Notes: generated by a model not told the origin, from the letters alone. A stretch of 64,000 nucleotides of DNA from Bryobacterales bacterium (GCA_965217195.1 CBDCHL010000003.1:157260-221259), one strand, 5' to 3'; positions 34,682 through 44,023 are shown, counted from the first letter of the stretch. Numbers and translations are program-made.

Positions 34682-36259
34682 TCAGGATTCTGTGTCTAGA
34701 AGTCGAATCACTGGAGGTGTTGCACGTTGAGGACAGACCAGAATGTGGAACGGCAGCACCTTCCTGAATTCGCGGTATGCCGTCGGAATAGCCGACAGGT
34801 CGCGAGACTCGGAAGAGAGAGCTGCCCAGCTCTGTGGCCGATTCGGGAAGCTGGAAACGTTTGTCCCATCTTTTGTCCGCCAGGTGAACACGTCCTCCGG
34901 TCGGTCTGGGGCAAACTCATTTTGCTCGCAGAATGTGACTTTGCGCCATTTCGCCGCAATCAGGTCCCGCTGGCCACGACGCACGAGCATCTCAATTACG
35001 CTTCGCAGAATATACGAACTACCCCTATAGCCTTCTAGGTCTTCATCCTGAAGACGGTCAGGAATCGAGGTCGCCAGAACGTCCTCGATTCCCAAATACG
35101 GACTGGGAAAGACCGCTCCTTTCTGCCCGGCGTTCGACTCTACAAGGGCCACGAACAGTTCCTCTAGGAGCTTTTTCGCGAGTGCCTGTTCCTTCCTGAC
35201 CTCTAGAAACTTGATGATCCAGAAGATATAAGGGAAGGCCGATTCACCCCAAAAACCCCGTCTCTGAAAGTGATCGCGGATGAGCTTCTGAACGTCATCT
35301 GGCGACTTTTCGGACTTAGCTTTCCCGTCTGAAAGAAGCTCGTGACACGCAAGCGCCCCAAGCACGATGGTTGTTCTAGCGCGGAGCATCTGTCCGCCAT
35401 CGGCCCGAACGTCGCCTTCCAAGAAATCCGTTCTGGTGAGAGCCGACTTCCGAAGGAGTGCAAGATTTGCTTCGAGCTCCGCCATGACCAGTTTAAGCGA
35501 GTCCCCCCAGTGGTCCGATGGTATCGAATGTTTAATCACGTAGCGGGCGATACACGCAGCAAGAATGGACCAGCCTTCTGCCATTGCGTAGTGGTTCGCG
35601 GTCTGTTCGAATGAGTTCAGCAGATAGCTTACGATTATGAGGCTGCTAGTGATGGCATCAAGGGCATCCGACTTCTTGCTTGGGGATTCACCAAAGACAG
35701 TGCCATCGAGCACGGCAAACAGCTTCGCCTTGGGAAGCATGCTCCGCCCGTCCTCGAGATACAATTCGAGGAAGGTGCGCATGTCCGGAAGAGCCCTTGG
35801 CACGAAACGCCCTTGCGCATCGACGAACGATTTCAGAAGTGAATCCCTGCCGATCACCTCCAGATGGGCGTACTGACGGTTCTTCCGTACGTTGTCCTCG
35901 TTGCGATCGCTGATCTGAACCCTGACCGGGTCGGTGATTGTGCCGTTCGTGACAAGGTAGGCCTTGTGCGTCTTAGATTTGTTCACGCCCGGATAGTTGA
36001 TCGGTAGTTCCACCAACTCATCAATCTCTCCCTTGATGCTGCGCCACTCCCTCAAGTCCACATCGCCGGTTTTGGTCTGGTAGCCGTGATATTCGACGTC
36101 AGGACCCTTCGTAATGATGTCCTTGCCCTGTTCCATCGGCCCATGAGAGGAGGAGTAGAGTACGCGGTGACGCTGGTGTATGAGCACTTGACAGAACGCT
36201 GCCTGGTAGTTACGTTCGTTGGTCTTAGTCAACCAGTTTTCGATTGCTCTCTCGATCAC
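34682..36259 (-). CDS. Mrr/PD-(D/E)xK-like nuclease N-terminal domain fused to ~370-aa unassigned domain
   Basis: 525 aa. GTG 36259 has GAGAGGAA 4 nt upstream. Residues 15-155 read ERNYQAAFCQVL..HGPMEQGKDIITKG..YHGYQTKTG...HKAYLVTNGTITDP...LEVIGRDSLL. This follows the E / D / QxK order and the trailing Mrr_cat-like strand-helix. Confidence 0.55.
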   Translation of the reverse strand: MIERAIENWLTKTNERNYQAAFCQVLIHQRHRVLYSSSHGPMEQGKDIITKGPDVEYHGYQTKTGDVDLREWRSIKGEIDELVELPINYPGVNKSKTHKAYLVTNGTITDPVRVQISDRNEDNVRKNRQYAHLEVIGRDSLLKSFVDAQGRFVPRALPDMRTFLELYLEDGRSMLPKAKLFAVLDGTVFGESPSKKSDALDAITSSLIIVSYLLNSFEQTANHYAMAEGWSILAACIARYVIKHSIPSDHWGDSLKLVMAELEANLALLRKSALTRTDFLEGDVRADGGQMLRARTTIVLGALACHELLSDGKAKSEKSPDDVQKLIRDHFQRRGFWGESAFPYIFWIIKFLEVRKEQALAKKLLEELFVALVESNAGQKGAVFPSPYLGIEDVLATSIPDRLQDEDLEGYRGSSYILRSVIEMLVRRGQRDLIAAKWRKVTFCEQNEFAPDRPEDVFTWRTKDGTNVSSFPNRPQSWAALSSESRDLSAIPTAYREFRKVLPFHILVCPQRATPPVIRLLDTES

Positions 36260-36824
36260 GCCATTCCTCTCGCTTCTTGAGCATGATTTCTCTGTATCTG
36301 CGCTGAAACAATGGGTCGGACTGCGATTGGGTCATAAGTTGACGAACACGTTCTGCCTGGTCTGGGTGGACAACAAAACGCACTGCGGAAAGATCAGGCT
36401 GACCGGACGAATCGAAATCAATCTGTACCCTTTCAAGCATTTTGAAGAATAGCTCGGCGGAGAAGGGCTGTCCCGCAGCGTCGATTTGGTTGCCAACCCG
36501 TGCCGTCGCCTCGCTAGTCTTCCGAAGGATCATCTCGTGCATGGTTTGAATCTGAAGTTCGACAGATTTCCGCTGGCTCTCGATAAGCGCATCTACCCCA
36601 CGCTCGATGATTGCCGACCGCTCAACCTCGCATGGAATCGCCGTAATCTCTGGAGTTGACTCCTCCACGTGCCCGTCGACATCACCCGAAGTGAATCTTC
36701 CTCCCTCAAAATACGGCGTGGCTTTGATCGCACCTATCAACGGGTCGGCGCGAACCTGCTGTCGAAACTCAAACTCGGCCAACCTTAACAAACGGCCTTT
36801 CAACGTGGGGAAATCGGGCAGCAT
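36225..36824 (-). CDS. hypothetical protein, upstream partner overlapping the nuclease-like gene by 35 nt
   Basis: 199 aa. ATG 36824 is the first start after an in-frame stop at 36942-36944. I recognise no family. It ends ...MLKKREEWRDRESNRKLVD. Confidence 0.55.
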   Translation of the reverse strand: MLPDFPTLKGRLLRLAEFEFRQQVRADPLIGAIKATPYFEGGRFTSGDVDGHVEESTPEITAIPCEVERSAIIERGVDALIESQRKSVELQIQTMHEMILRKTSEATARVGNQIDAAGQPFSAELFFKMLERVQIDFDSSGQPDLSAVRFVVHPDQAERVRQLMTQSQSDPLFQRRYREIMLKKREEWRDRESNRKLVD

Positions 36825-37024
36825 CGTTCCGCGTATCGAACCAATCTGATTCTCGTCGAGTCTCCGACTGAGAGTAACAGACGGGGAAGTTGGAGGGTAG
36901 TCGGAAGGGAAGGTCGAGGGCGCCTTGCCCCGGCGCGAATTCTAAGCCGGCCGCATAAGCGGAAACCAGCCGGAATACGCGTGACGCGGTCCGGGAGGCT
37001 CACCGAGGTCGTTGACCCGGGCCG

Positions 37025-37482
37025 CTAGAGAGGAACCGGGACGGTTTCGAGGATTTCTTCGAGGGCTTGGGTGCTGCGCTCGCCGGCGTGGCCGCTTCCA
37101 AACCGCGTGTCGGGTGCGGAGCGATGGGCGAACACGGGAACAGCCAGCCGTTTCACGTGGTGCGGCGTGCAGTAATCCAGCCCCTCCATTAACGCCAGCG
37201 CCTGCGCGGCCCGGTAGAGCGCGATCGATCCTCGCGGGCTTACGCCCAGCGCCAGCCGTTCGTGATCGCGGGTTTTCTCTACGATTGCCATGAGGTAATC
37301 GACGACGGCGTCATCGACGCGCACTTGCTCGACCTGCGCCTGTAGCTCGGCAACGTCGTGCGCTTCGGCGACCGGCTCGACGCGGCTTGCGAGCTCAGCG
37401 TGGTTCGACCGCAGAATCTCGCGCTCGCTCGCCGGGTCCGGATAACCCATCTGAATCCGCATTAAGAAACGGTCCAACTGCG
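37025..37482 (-). pseudogene. 3' fragment of a second, diverged moxR gene
   Basis: 152 C-terminal codons are colinear with 40134-40591 and differ at 4 amino acids. The homology starts at the stop codon and ends abruptly at 37482. The upstream part of ORF 37025..37627 is unrelated to MoxR. Confidence 0.85.
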
Positions 37483-37675
37483 CAACCCTTGCCAGCAAGC
37501 GAGGATTCAGCCCCGCGACGACTTGCCTACGACCGGCAAACTCGAAAGTGTTGGTGGAATCGGGAACCCTTTTTTCACCACGACAGCGGTCGCGATACAA
37601 TGTTGTCCTGCCCACCATTTCAGGCACAACTTCGACAACGAATCGTCACTGAAAGATTACTAGAATGTCCTCGTC

Positions 37676-39067
37676 ATGAACTCACTCATCCGCACCGTTC
37701 TCCTGTTACTTGCCCTCACTGCCCTATCAGTGGCCCAAGACTGGCCGCCGAACGTGGTTGTTATTTTCGGCGACGACATTGGCTACGGCGACGTCGGCGT
37801 CTTCGGACACCCCACGATCCAGACTCCCAACCTGGATCGCATGGCACACGAAGGCCAAAAGTGGACCAGTTTTTATGCGGCGGCGAGTGTCTGTACGCCA
37901 AGCCGTGCGGGGCTGCTCACCGGCCGGCTCCCCGTCCGCAGCGGCATGATGCACGGTCGCATCCGAGTCCTTTATCCCGAGTCTTGGAGCGGCCTGCAAC
38001 AGAGCGAAGTGACCATCGCGGAGATGCTCAAGCAGAAGAACTACGCAACCCGGCATGTGGGCAAATGGCACCTCGGCCACCTCCCAGACTATCTGCCAAC
38101 GAAGCAGGGGTTCGACTCCTATTTCGGCATTCCGTATTCGAACGACATGGACGCGACCGAACCAACCGCGGCCGCAAGGAGACACGCGCTCCTCAACCCG
38201 ACGAAGATCGACTACTGGAACGTCCCGCTGATGCGCGACGAGGAAGTAATCGAGCGCCCAGCCAACCAATTTACGATCACAAGACGATACACCGAAGCAG
38301 CGGTCATGTTTATTGATGCCAACAAGGAAAAGCCCTTCTTTCTCTACTTCGCCCACACGATGATGCACGTGCCGCTGTTTCGCTCGAAAGCGTTCGAGGG
38401 GCGCAGCATAGCCGGCATTTTCGGGGACGCGATGGAAGAGGTGGACTGGTCGGTCGGGCAGGTGCTCGACACCATCCGCAAGCACGGTCTTGAGGAAAAC
38501 ACGCTGGTCGTCTTTACTTCCGACAACGGCCCTTGGCTGACCTTCGGCACACACGGCGGATCGGCCGGTCCGCTCAAGGAAGGGAAGGGCTCGACCTGGG
38601 AAGGCGGCATGCGCGAACCAACGATCATGTGGTGGCCGGGCACGATCAAGGCCGGCACGACCGTCAACGAGATGGGCTCGACACTCGACCTAATTGCGAC
38701 CATCGCAAGCATCAGCGGGACAAAATTGCCCGACGACCGTAAGCTGGACAGCTACGATCTAACGCCGGCGATGAAAGGTACCGGACCGAGTCCGCGTAAG
38801 GAAATGTTCTACTGGCGCGGTACTGAGTTATTCGCCGCCCGCATGGGTGACTACAAGGCGCACTTCTTCACGCGGACCGGCTACCGCGACCGCGGCGAGA
38901 CGCGGCAGACCCCGCCGCTGCTCTATCACCTGGGCCACGACCCTGGCGAAAAGCATGACATTTCGCGCGAGAACCCGGACATCATCGCCAGGATCACGGA
39001 GATGGCTCGCAAGCACAAAAGTGGCATTGACGAGGTCGAGAACCAGTTGGCGAAGATCAATCGCTAG
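37676..39067 (+). CDS. arylsulfatase-family sulfatase, secreted
   Basis: A signal peptide is followed by the formylglycine motif CTPSRAGLLTGR, with DDIGYGD and GKWHLG. Confidence 0.85.
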   Translation: MNSLIRTVLLLLALTALSVAQDWPPNVVVIFGDDIGYGDVGVFGHPTIQTPNLDRMAHEGQKWTSFYAAASVCTPSRAGLLTGRLPVRSGMMHGRIRVLYPESWSGLQQSEVTIAEMLKQKNYATRHVGKWHLGHLPDYLPTKQGFDSYFGIPYSNDMDATEPTAAARRHALLNPTKIDYWNVPLMRDEEVIERPANQFTITRRYTEAAVMFIDANKEKPFFLYFAHTMMHVPLFRSKAFEGRSIAGIFGDAMEEVDWSVGQVLDTIRKHGLEENTLVVFTSDNGPWLTFGTHGGSAGPLKEGKGSTWEGGMREPTIMWWPGTIKAGTTVNEMGSTLDLIATIASISGTKLPDDRKLDSYDLTPAMKGTGPSPRKEMFYWRGTELFAARMGDYKAHFFTRTGYRDRGETRQTPPLLYHLGHDPGEKHDISRENPDIIARITEMARKHKSGIDEVENQLAKINR

Positions 39068-39285
39068 GATTCGCAACCCGGTCGGCGACCGACTTCGCGC
39101 CCAGAGGTGCGTCCATTATGCGATGTAGATCCGCCCGAACGGCGCAGCGTTTACGAAAGCGAGAGCTTGTATATCCGCGTCGCGTAAATTGACTCGGCGC
39201 AGTCAAATCAAAGCCGCCTCAAGTGTACTCTGCCGCAACTCATTGTCGTTCAGTCTTCGGCCCAACCAAGAGCGTCTGTATTCGC

Positions 39286-39999
39286 TCATAACCAGCTCAG
39301 GACTTCTTGGGTGCTCATTGTGAATCCCCAGACACGTCGAAACATGAGCATTGCGGCCTCGTGGCTGCCGGTGTCGATGGTCGTGCAAGCGTCCTCGGCG
39401 ATGATCACGTGGAAGCCCCGGTCCGCGGCGTCGAGGGCCGTCGTGAAGACGCACATGTCGGAGGCAATCCCGGCGATTACAAGGGTCTCGATCTTCATGT
39501 TGCGAAGGTGGAGATCGATGCCTGTTGAGTGGAAAGCGCTGCTGGTGTTCTTATCGAGAAGCAGTTCATCGGGTCGAGGCTCGAGCCGAGTGTCGATTTG
39601 ATGGTCGGGTGTGCCTGTCGCAGCCAAGTGACCGGATTGGCCGTGCGAGGCGGCGAGTGCAGTCTGCTCACGGCTCCGGCGGCGTTCGGCCAGATCCGAA
39701 CCGTCAGGTAGCAGACTGCCGTGGCGGGTAAAGATCACGCGCCGCCCGAGACGGCGGAACTCCGAGAGGAGCGCCTGCGTCTGATCGAGCGCCTTCTCGG
39801 CCCGGCCACGATAGGCGTCGAAGAGCTCGGGGTCGTGCAACTTCAAACTGTGCACGAGCGCGCCGGTGGGAGCAATGCAGTAGTTCTGCATGTCAATGAC
39901 GCACAACGCCGTCCTTTCTTGATCCAGCGATAGGTTGAAACCCAGGCAGGAGTTAGGCCATTGGTCGTCGTCCAAGAAACGGATGGTCTTACCGGGCAT
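39286..39999 (-). CDS. isochorismatase-family cysteine hydrolase
   Basis: It has LCVIDMQNYC and LVIAGIASDMCVFTTALDAADRGFHV. Confidence 0.75.
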   Translation of the reverse strand: MPGKTIRFLDDDQWPNSCLGFNLSLDQERTALCVIDMQNYCIAPTGALVHSLKLHDPELFDAYRGRAEKALDQTQALLSEFRRLGRRVIFTRHGSLLPDGSDLAERRRSREQTALAASHGQSGHLAATGTPDHQIDTRLEPRPDELLLDKNTSSAFHSTGIDLHLRNMKIETLVIAGIASDMCVFTTALDAADRGFHVIIAEDACTTIDTGSHEAAMLMFRRVWGFTMSTQEVLSWL

Positions 40000-40133
40000 A
40001 AAGGTTTCCTTCCAGGAGCAAGGTTATCGGAAGGCCGGGCCGGGTAGCAAGAGCCGTATCTGCGGGGTCTCACGCAACTCTCTCTTGATCAGAGAATTGG
40101 ACAATTGGCCCGTGTTGTCGCCATGACTCTTCG

Positions 40134-41093
40134 CTAGAGAGGGACCGGCACCGTTTCTAGAATCTCTTCGAGCGCTTGGGTGCTTCGCTCGCCGGCGTGG
40201 CCGCTTCCGAACCGCGTGTCGGGTGCGGAGCGATGGGCGAAGACGGGAACAGCCAGCCGTTTCACGTGGTGCGGCGTGCAGTAATCCAGCCCTTCCATTA
40301 ACGCCAGCGCCTGGGCGGCCCGGTAGAGCGCAATCGAACCTCGCGGGCTTACGCCCAGCGCCAGCCGTTCGTGATCGCGCGTCTTCTCTACGATTGCCAT
40401 CAGGTAATCGACAACGGCGTCATCGACGCGCACTTGCTCGACCTGCGCCTGTAGCTCGGTAACGTCGTGCGCTTCGGCGACCGGCTCGACGCGGCTTGCA
40501 AGCGCAGGGTGGTTCGTCCGCAAGATCTCGCGCTCGCTCGCCGGGTCCGGATAACCCATCTGAATCCGCATCAAGAAACGGTCCAACTGCGACTCCGGCA
40601 GCGGATACGTCCCGTGATACTCGATCGGGTTTTGGGTGGCGACCACCATAAAGGGTTCCGGCAGCGGGTACGAGCGCCTTTCGATGGTAACCTGACGCTC
40701 ATTCATGGCTTCGAGCAGAGCGGATTGCGTTTTGGGCGTGGTGCGATTGATTTCGTCGGCCAACAGAACATTGGTGAAGATCGGACCAGGCTTGAACTCG
40801 AATTCCTCGCGTCCCGCGCTATAAACGGTAACGCCCAAGACATCGCTCGGCAGCATGTCGCTGGTGAACTGGATACGGTGAAAACTGCACGCAAGACTCT
40901 TCGCCAGCGTCTGGGCCAGCGTCGTCTTGCCCACGCCTGGAACGTCTTCGATCAGGAGATGACCGCGCGCGAGCAAGCAAACGACCGCCAGCCGAACGGC
41001 TTCCGGTTTCCCGCGAATCACCGAGGCAAGCGACTGCTCGATAGCCGCCGCCTTCTCGAAAACCGCCGGGACTGTCGATGGTTCGACCGCCAT
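40134..41093 (-). CDS. MoxR-family AAA+ ATPase
   Basis: Walker A is DVPGVGKT and Walker B is LLADEINR. It also has VVATQNPIEYHGTYPLPESQLDRF. Confidence 0.9.
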   Translation of the reverse strand: MAVEPSTVPAVFEKAAAIEQSLASVIRGKPEAVRLAVVCLLARGHLLIEDVPGVGKTTLAQTLAKSLACSFHRIQFTSDMLPSDVLGVTVYSAGREEFEFKPGPIFTNVLLADEINRTTPKTQSALLEAMNERQVTIERRSYPLPEPFMVVATQNPIEYHGTYPLPESQLDRFLMRIQMGYPDPASEREILRTNHPALASRVEPVAEAHDVTELQAQVEQVRVDDAVVDYLMAIVEKTRDHERLALGVSPRGSIALYRAAQALALMEGLDYCTPHHVKRLAVPVFAHRSAPDTRFGSGHAGERSTQALEEILETVPVPL

Positions 41094-41294
41094 GACCTAT
41101 TCATGATACTGAGTAGCGGCGAGCCGCCGGCTCACCCAAGCTCGACTCGCCCATAGCTTGCCGGCAGATGTTAAAGGTTTGCAAAGTAGGTTTTACTTCC
41201 ATTTAACGGCCTCGATATACCCTTCCGGGTTATTCTGACGTCTCAACAAGTGAACGTCATTATCACTGACCGAGATTTCAGGAAGGAGAAAGCG

Positions 41295-41867
41295 ATGAAA
41301 ACGTGGATAGCAGTAGCGATGACCTGCCTCATCACAGCCGGGACCGCCCTGGCTCAAGACGGCTTCGGAGATCGGCCTCGGCGATCGCCGGACGCGCTGA
41401 TAGAAGCCCTCAATCTGACCCCGGAACAGCTAGACTCGCTTCGAGACCTGCGTCGTTCGCAATTCGAGGCCATGCGTCCGATTCGCGGCGAAATGCGCGA
41501 GCTCGGTCGGCAGCTTCGCGAAGAGATGTCGAAAGAGAGTCCCAGCCCAACGGCAGCCGGGCAATCCCTGGTTGACATGAAAGGCAAGCGGGACGAGATC
41601 AAAGCCCTGATGCAGCAGTTTCAAGAGCAAGCTCGCGGCCTGCTCGATGAGAACCAAAACGCGGCTTTGAACGAATTAGAAAGTGGGCGCGAATTGGGCC
41701 AAGCCATTCGACAGGCCACGGGCCTGGGGCTTCTCGATCGCCCGGAGCGTGGGCTTCGCGGCGCCGGAGGTCCGGGTGGTTTCGGCGGGCGCCAGCACGA
41801 CATGCGGCGCTTCTTTGGCGGACGCCGCGGAGGGTTTGGCGGCGGAGACGGTGAAGCTTCGTTCTAA
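41295..41867 (+). CDS. periplasmic Spy/CpxP-like protein
   Basis: ATG 41295 follows AGGAAGGAGA. The signal peptide is MKTWIAVAMTCLITAGTALA. It has LNLTPEQLDSLRDLRR (LTxxQ-type) and a Gly-rich tail. Confidence 0.65.
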   Translation: MKTWIAVAMTCLITAGTALAQDGFGDRPRRSPDALIEALNLTPEQLDSLRDLRRSQFEAMRPIRGEMRELGRQLREEMSKESPSPTAAGQSLVDMKGKRDEIKALMQQFQEQARGLLDENQNAALNELESGRELGQAIRQATGLGLLDRPERGLRGAGGPGGFGGRQHDMRRFFGGRRGGFGGGDGEASF

Positions 41868-42395
41868 GCCGACCTCACGTCGAATCAACCGAGTCGATCG
41901 CGCAAACCTCGGGTCCGGGACTCGTCATAAAGAGCGCCCGGACCCGATAGAGCCATAATCAAGTACTCAACACCCAAGGAGAACTCAACAAAATGAAACG
42001 CAGGTTACTCACATTACTCTCTTGCTCTATCCTTCTTCTCCCGGCCGCCGCATGGGCGCAAGCGCGGGACGGAGAGGGACCCAGGCCCGTGGACCCGCAA
42101 CTCGCCGGTCTTGCTCCGCTAGTCCAGTTTCTGGAACTGGGTGAAGAACAGATGCAAGCCTTGATCGCCTTCCAGCGCGAACGCGGGGAGCAGCTCCAGC
42201 CCTTTTTCCGCGCTTTGGGGGAAAACGCTCGCGCCATGCGTGAGGCGCTTGCCTCGGACACACCGGACCCCACCACAGTTGGGCAACTTACGCTCGACGC
42301 TCAGCGCATCCGTCGCGAGTTGCAGGAAGCGATCGCGCAGCAGCGTGAGGCGGCGCCGTCGGCTCTGAACCTGGCCCCGGACCAGGTGGACAAAC

Positions 42396-43492
42396 TACTG
42401 AGTCTCGCATAATATACTGTCAATCGAGACAAAGAGAAGACTGTTTCCAGAAAGCGGTAATCAAGCGCGGTTTGCGGCGCATTCGCCGCAGCGCTTTGCG
42501 GGCGCGCTCGTCGAGTTCCCAGTAGTCCTTCGGGCAGACGTTGGGCAACTCGTGCTGCTTCCAGTACGCCCAAATGTATTCCACCGGGTTCAACTCCGGC
42601 GCATAGGGCGGCAAGTACTCCGTTGCGATGTGATCCTCGGAGAGCTGGATGAACTCCCGCACCAGGCGGCTGCGGTGCGCCGGCAGCCGGTCCCAGACGA
42701 TCAGCAGTGGGCCGTCGATGTGGCGCACCAAAGCCTTCAGGAAGTCGATGACCTCCAGCTCGCCGATCGCGCCGGGATAGAGCCGGAAGTAAAAGTTGCG
42801 CAACGTCAGCCCGGCCGACACCGACAGCTTGTCCCAGTTGAAGTTGAACTCCAACACCGGTGTCTCGCCGCGCGGCGCCCAGGTGCGGCAACGATGCGGC
42901 TTCTGACTCAATCCGCTTTCGTCGATGAAGACGATCGTACGTTCTTCTTTGCGGGCTTTTTTTTAATGGCCGGCCAAGTCTTGCGCTGCCAGCCGCGGAT
43001 GGCCTCTTCGTTGCGCTCCCGCGCTTTGCCGACGGGCCGTTGCGGGCTCCAACCGAGCGCCCGCAGGATCTTCCAGACATGGCCCTCGTGATAGCGCACG
43101 CCGAACTCGTCTCCGATCAGACGAGCGACCCGCGGACAGCTCCACAGCGGCGTCGGGAAGCCGTGCGCCTCGGGGCCTTCCAGCAGCAACGCCTCGAGGC
43201 GTTCGAGCTGCGCGGCGTCCAACAGCGGCTTACGGCCGGCGCGGCCGGCCTGGCGCAACCCGGCTTCGCCGTCACGCCGGTATCGTCGCAGCCACTCGCT
43301 GACGCTTTGCCGCGCGACCTTCAATCGCCTCGCTGTCTCGGACTGACTACAGCCTTGCTCGACCAACCGGATCGCTTTGAAACGGCGCTTCTCCAGGGCC
43401 TCGAAATCCCGCCGTACGCCTTTTGTATTTCCCATACATACAAAGACGTACGTACCCCAAAAAGGTGTCACTTTATTTTGCGAGATTCAATA
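42396..43492 (-). mobile_element. IS630-family insertion sequence, copy 2
   Basis: It has the same sequence and orientation as copy 1, at an offset of 29753 bp. All ORF translations in the track are identical. It is flanked by TA in a CTAG target (aaac-TA-[IS]-TA-ggcg). Confidence 0.9.
42420..43435 (-). CDS. IS630-family transposase (copy 2), two frames joined at the A8 run
   Basis: The translations are identical to copy 1. T8 on the plus strand is at 42957-42964. Confidence 0.85.
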
Positions 43493-43974
43493 GGCGTCTT
43501 GCAGACGTCGTTGCGCGTTTTCCCGATCGCGGGAATCGCCGCCGGGTTGAATCTTATTGAGGGTTCGAGCGCCCTTGGAGGGATATTCGGAGGAGTCATC
43601 ACGAGTGTCCCCGGTTTCGTCCAACGACCCGGTCCGGGTTTTGTCGAAGGAGACTTCTCCGATGAACTTATGATGAGCAGGGACATGGCACACGAACGGG
43701 CCGAGGAGTTTCAGATGCGCTTTGAAGGCCTCGAAGCCGAGGTCGATCGCATTGGCCGCAACGTCGATCGTGTGTCGCTTCGGATCGGACTGATTCCCAT
43801 ACGGGCGGCCGACGAGTAGCACTGGTCTCATCGCGGTCGGGCAACCGACAAGGTCCGATACTACGCCTGGGATAGAGGGGCGTGGGAGAAAACGGGTCGA
43901 TTGCGTCGCGGCAGGCGCTCGAGCCGTCGTCTCCGGCGCCCTGAGGCGGTTTAGGGACGGCCGGGGCGCGGACC

Positions 43975-44023
43975 TGTCGGCACGAGTGCCGACACGGCAC
44001 GCAAGAGTGCGTGCGCCACGTCG
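43975..44023 (+). repeat. REP-like double-hairpin element, copy 2
   Basis: TGTCGGCA-CGAG-TGCCGACA, then GCACGCA-AGAG-TGCGTGC, then GCCACGTCG. Both stems differ from copy 1 by compensatory pairs. Confidence 0.7.

Larger units (their letters stand above)
41993..43819 (+). pseudogene. second Spy/CpxP-like gene interrupted by IS630-family insertion
   Basis: 41993..42397 (MKRRLLTLLSCSILLLPAAAWA...APDQVDKL) continues in frame at 43493 (GVLQTSLRVFPIAG...IPIRAADE*) once the IS and one TA are removed. Confidence 0.8.

Noticed and set aside
36930-36970. GAATTC..GGCCGC..GCGGAAACC at the right edge of the lower-GC block looked like a degenerate third repeat-B end.
   Set aside because: The matching pieces are 6-10 nt each and in a different order than in the element. 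That is indistinguishable from chance without a proper alignment.
37025-37627. 200-aa ORF as an intact small MoxR-like gene.
   Set aside because: Only the C-terminal 152 residues are MoxR-like, and the AAA+ Walker motifs are missing. The N-terminal 48 residues are unrelated sequence created by the breakpoint at 37482.
12643-43492. Two identical, directly oriented IS630 copies bracketing ~28.7 kb looked like a composite transposon.
   Set aside because: Each copy has its own TA duplication in its own CTAG site, and each restores a different interrupted ORF across its own two flanks. They are therefore independent simple insertions. The interval also contains selB and other core-type genes. The pair remains a substrate for homologous deletion, but nothing shows it moved as a unit.
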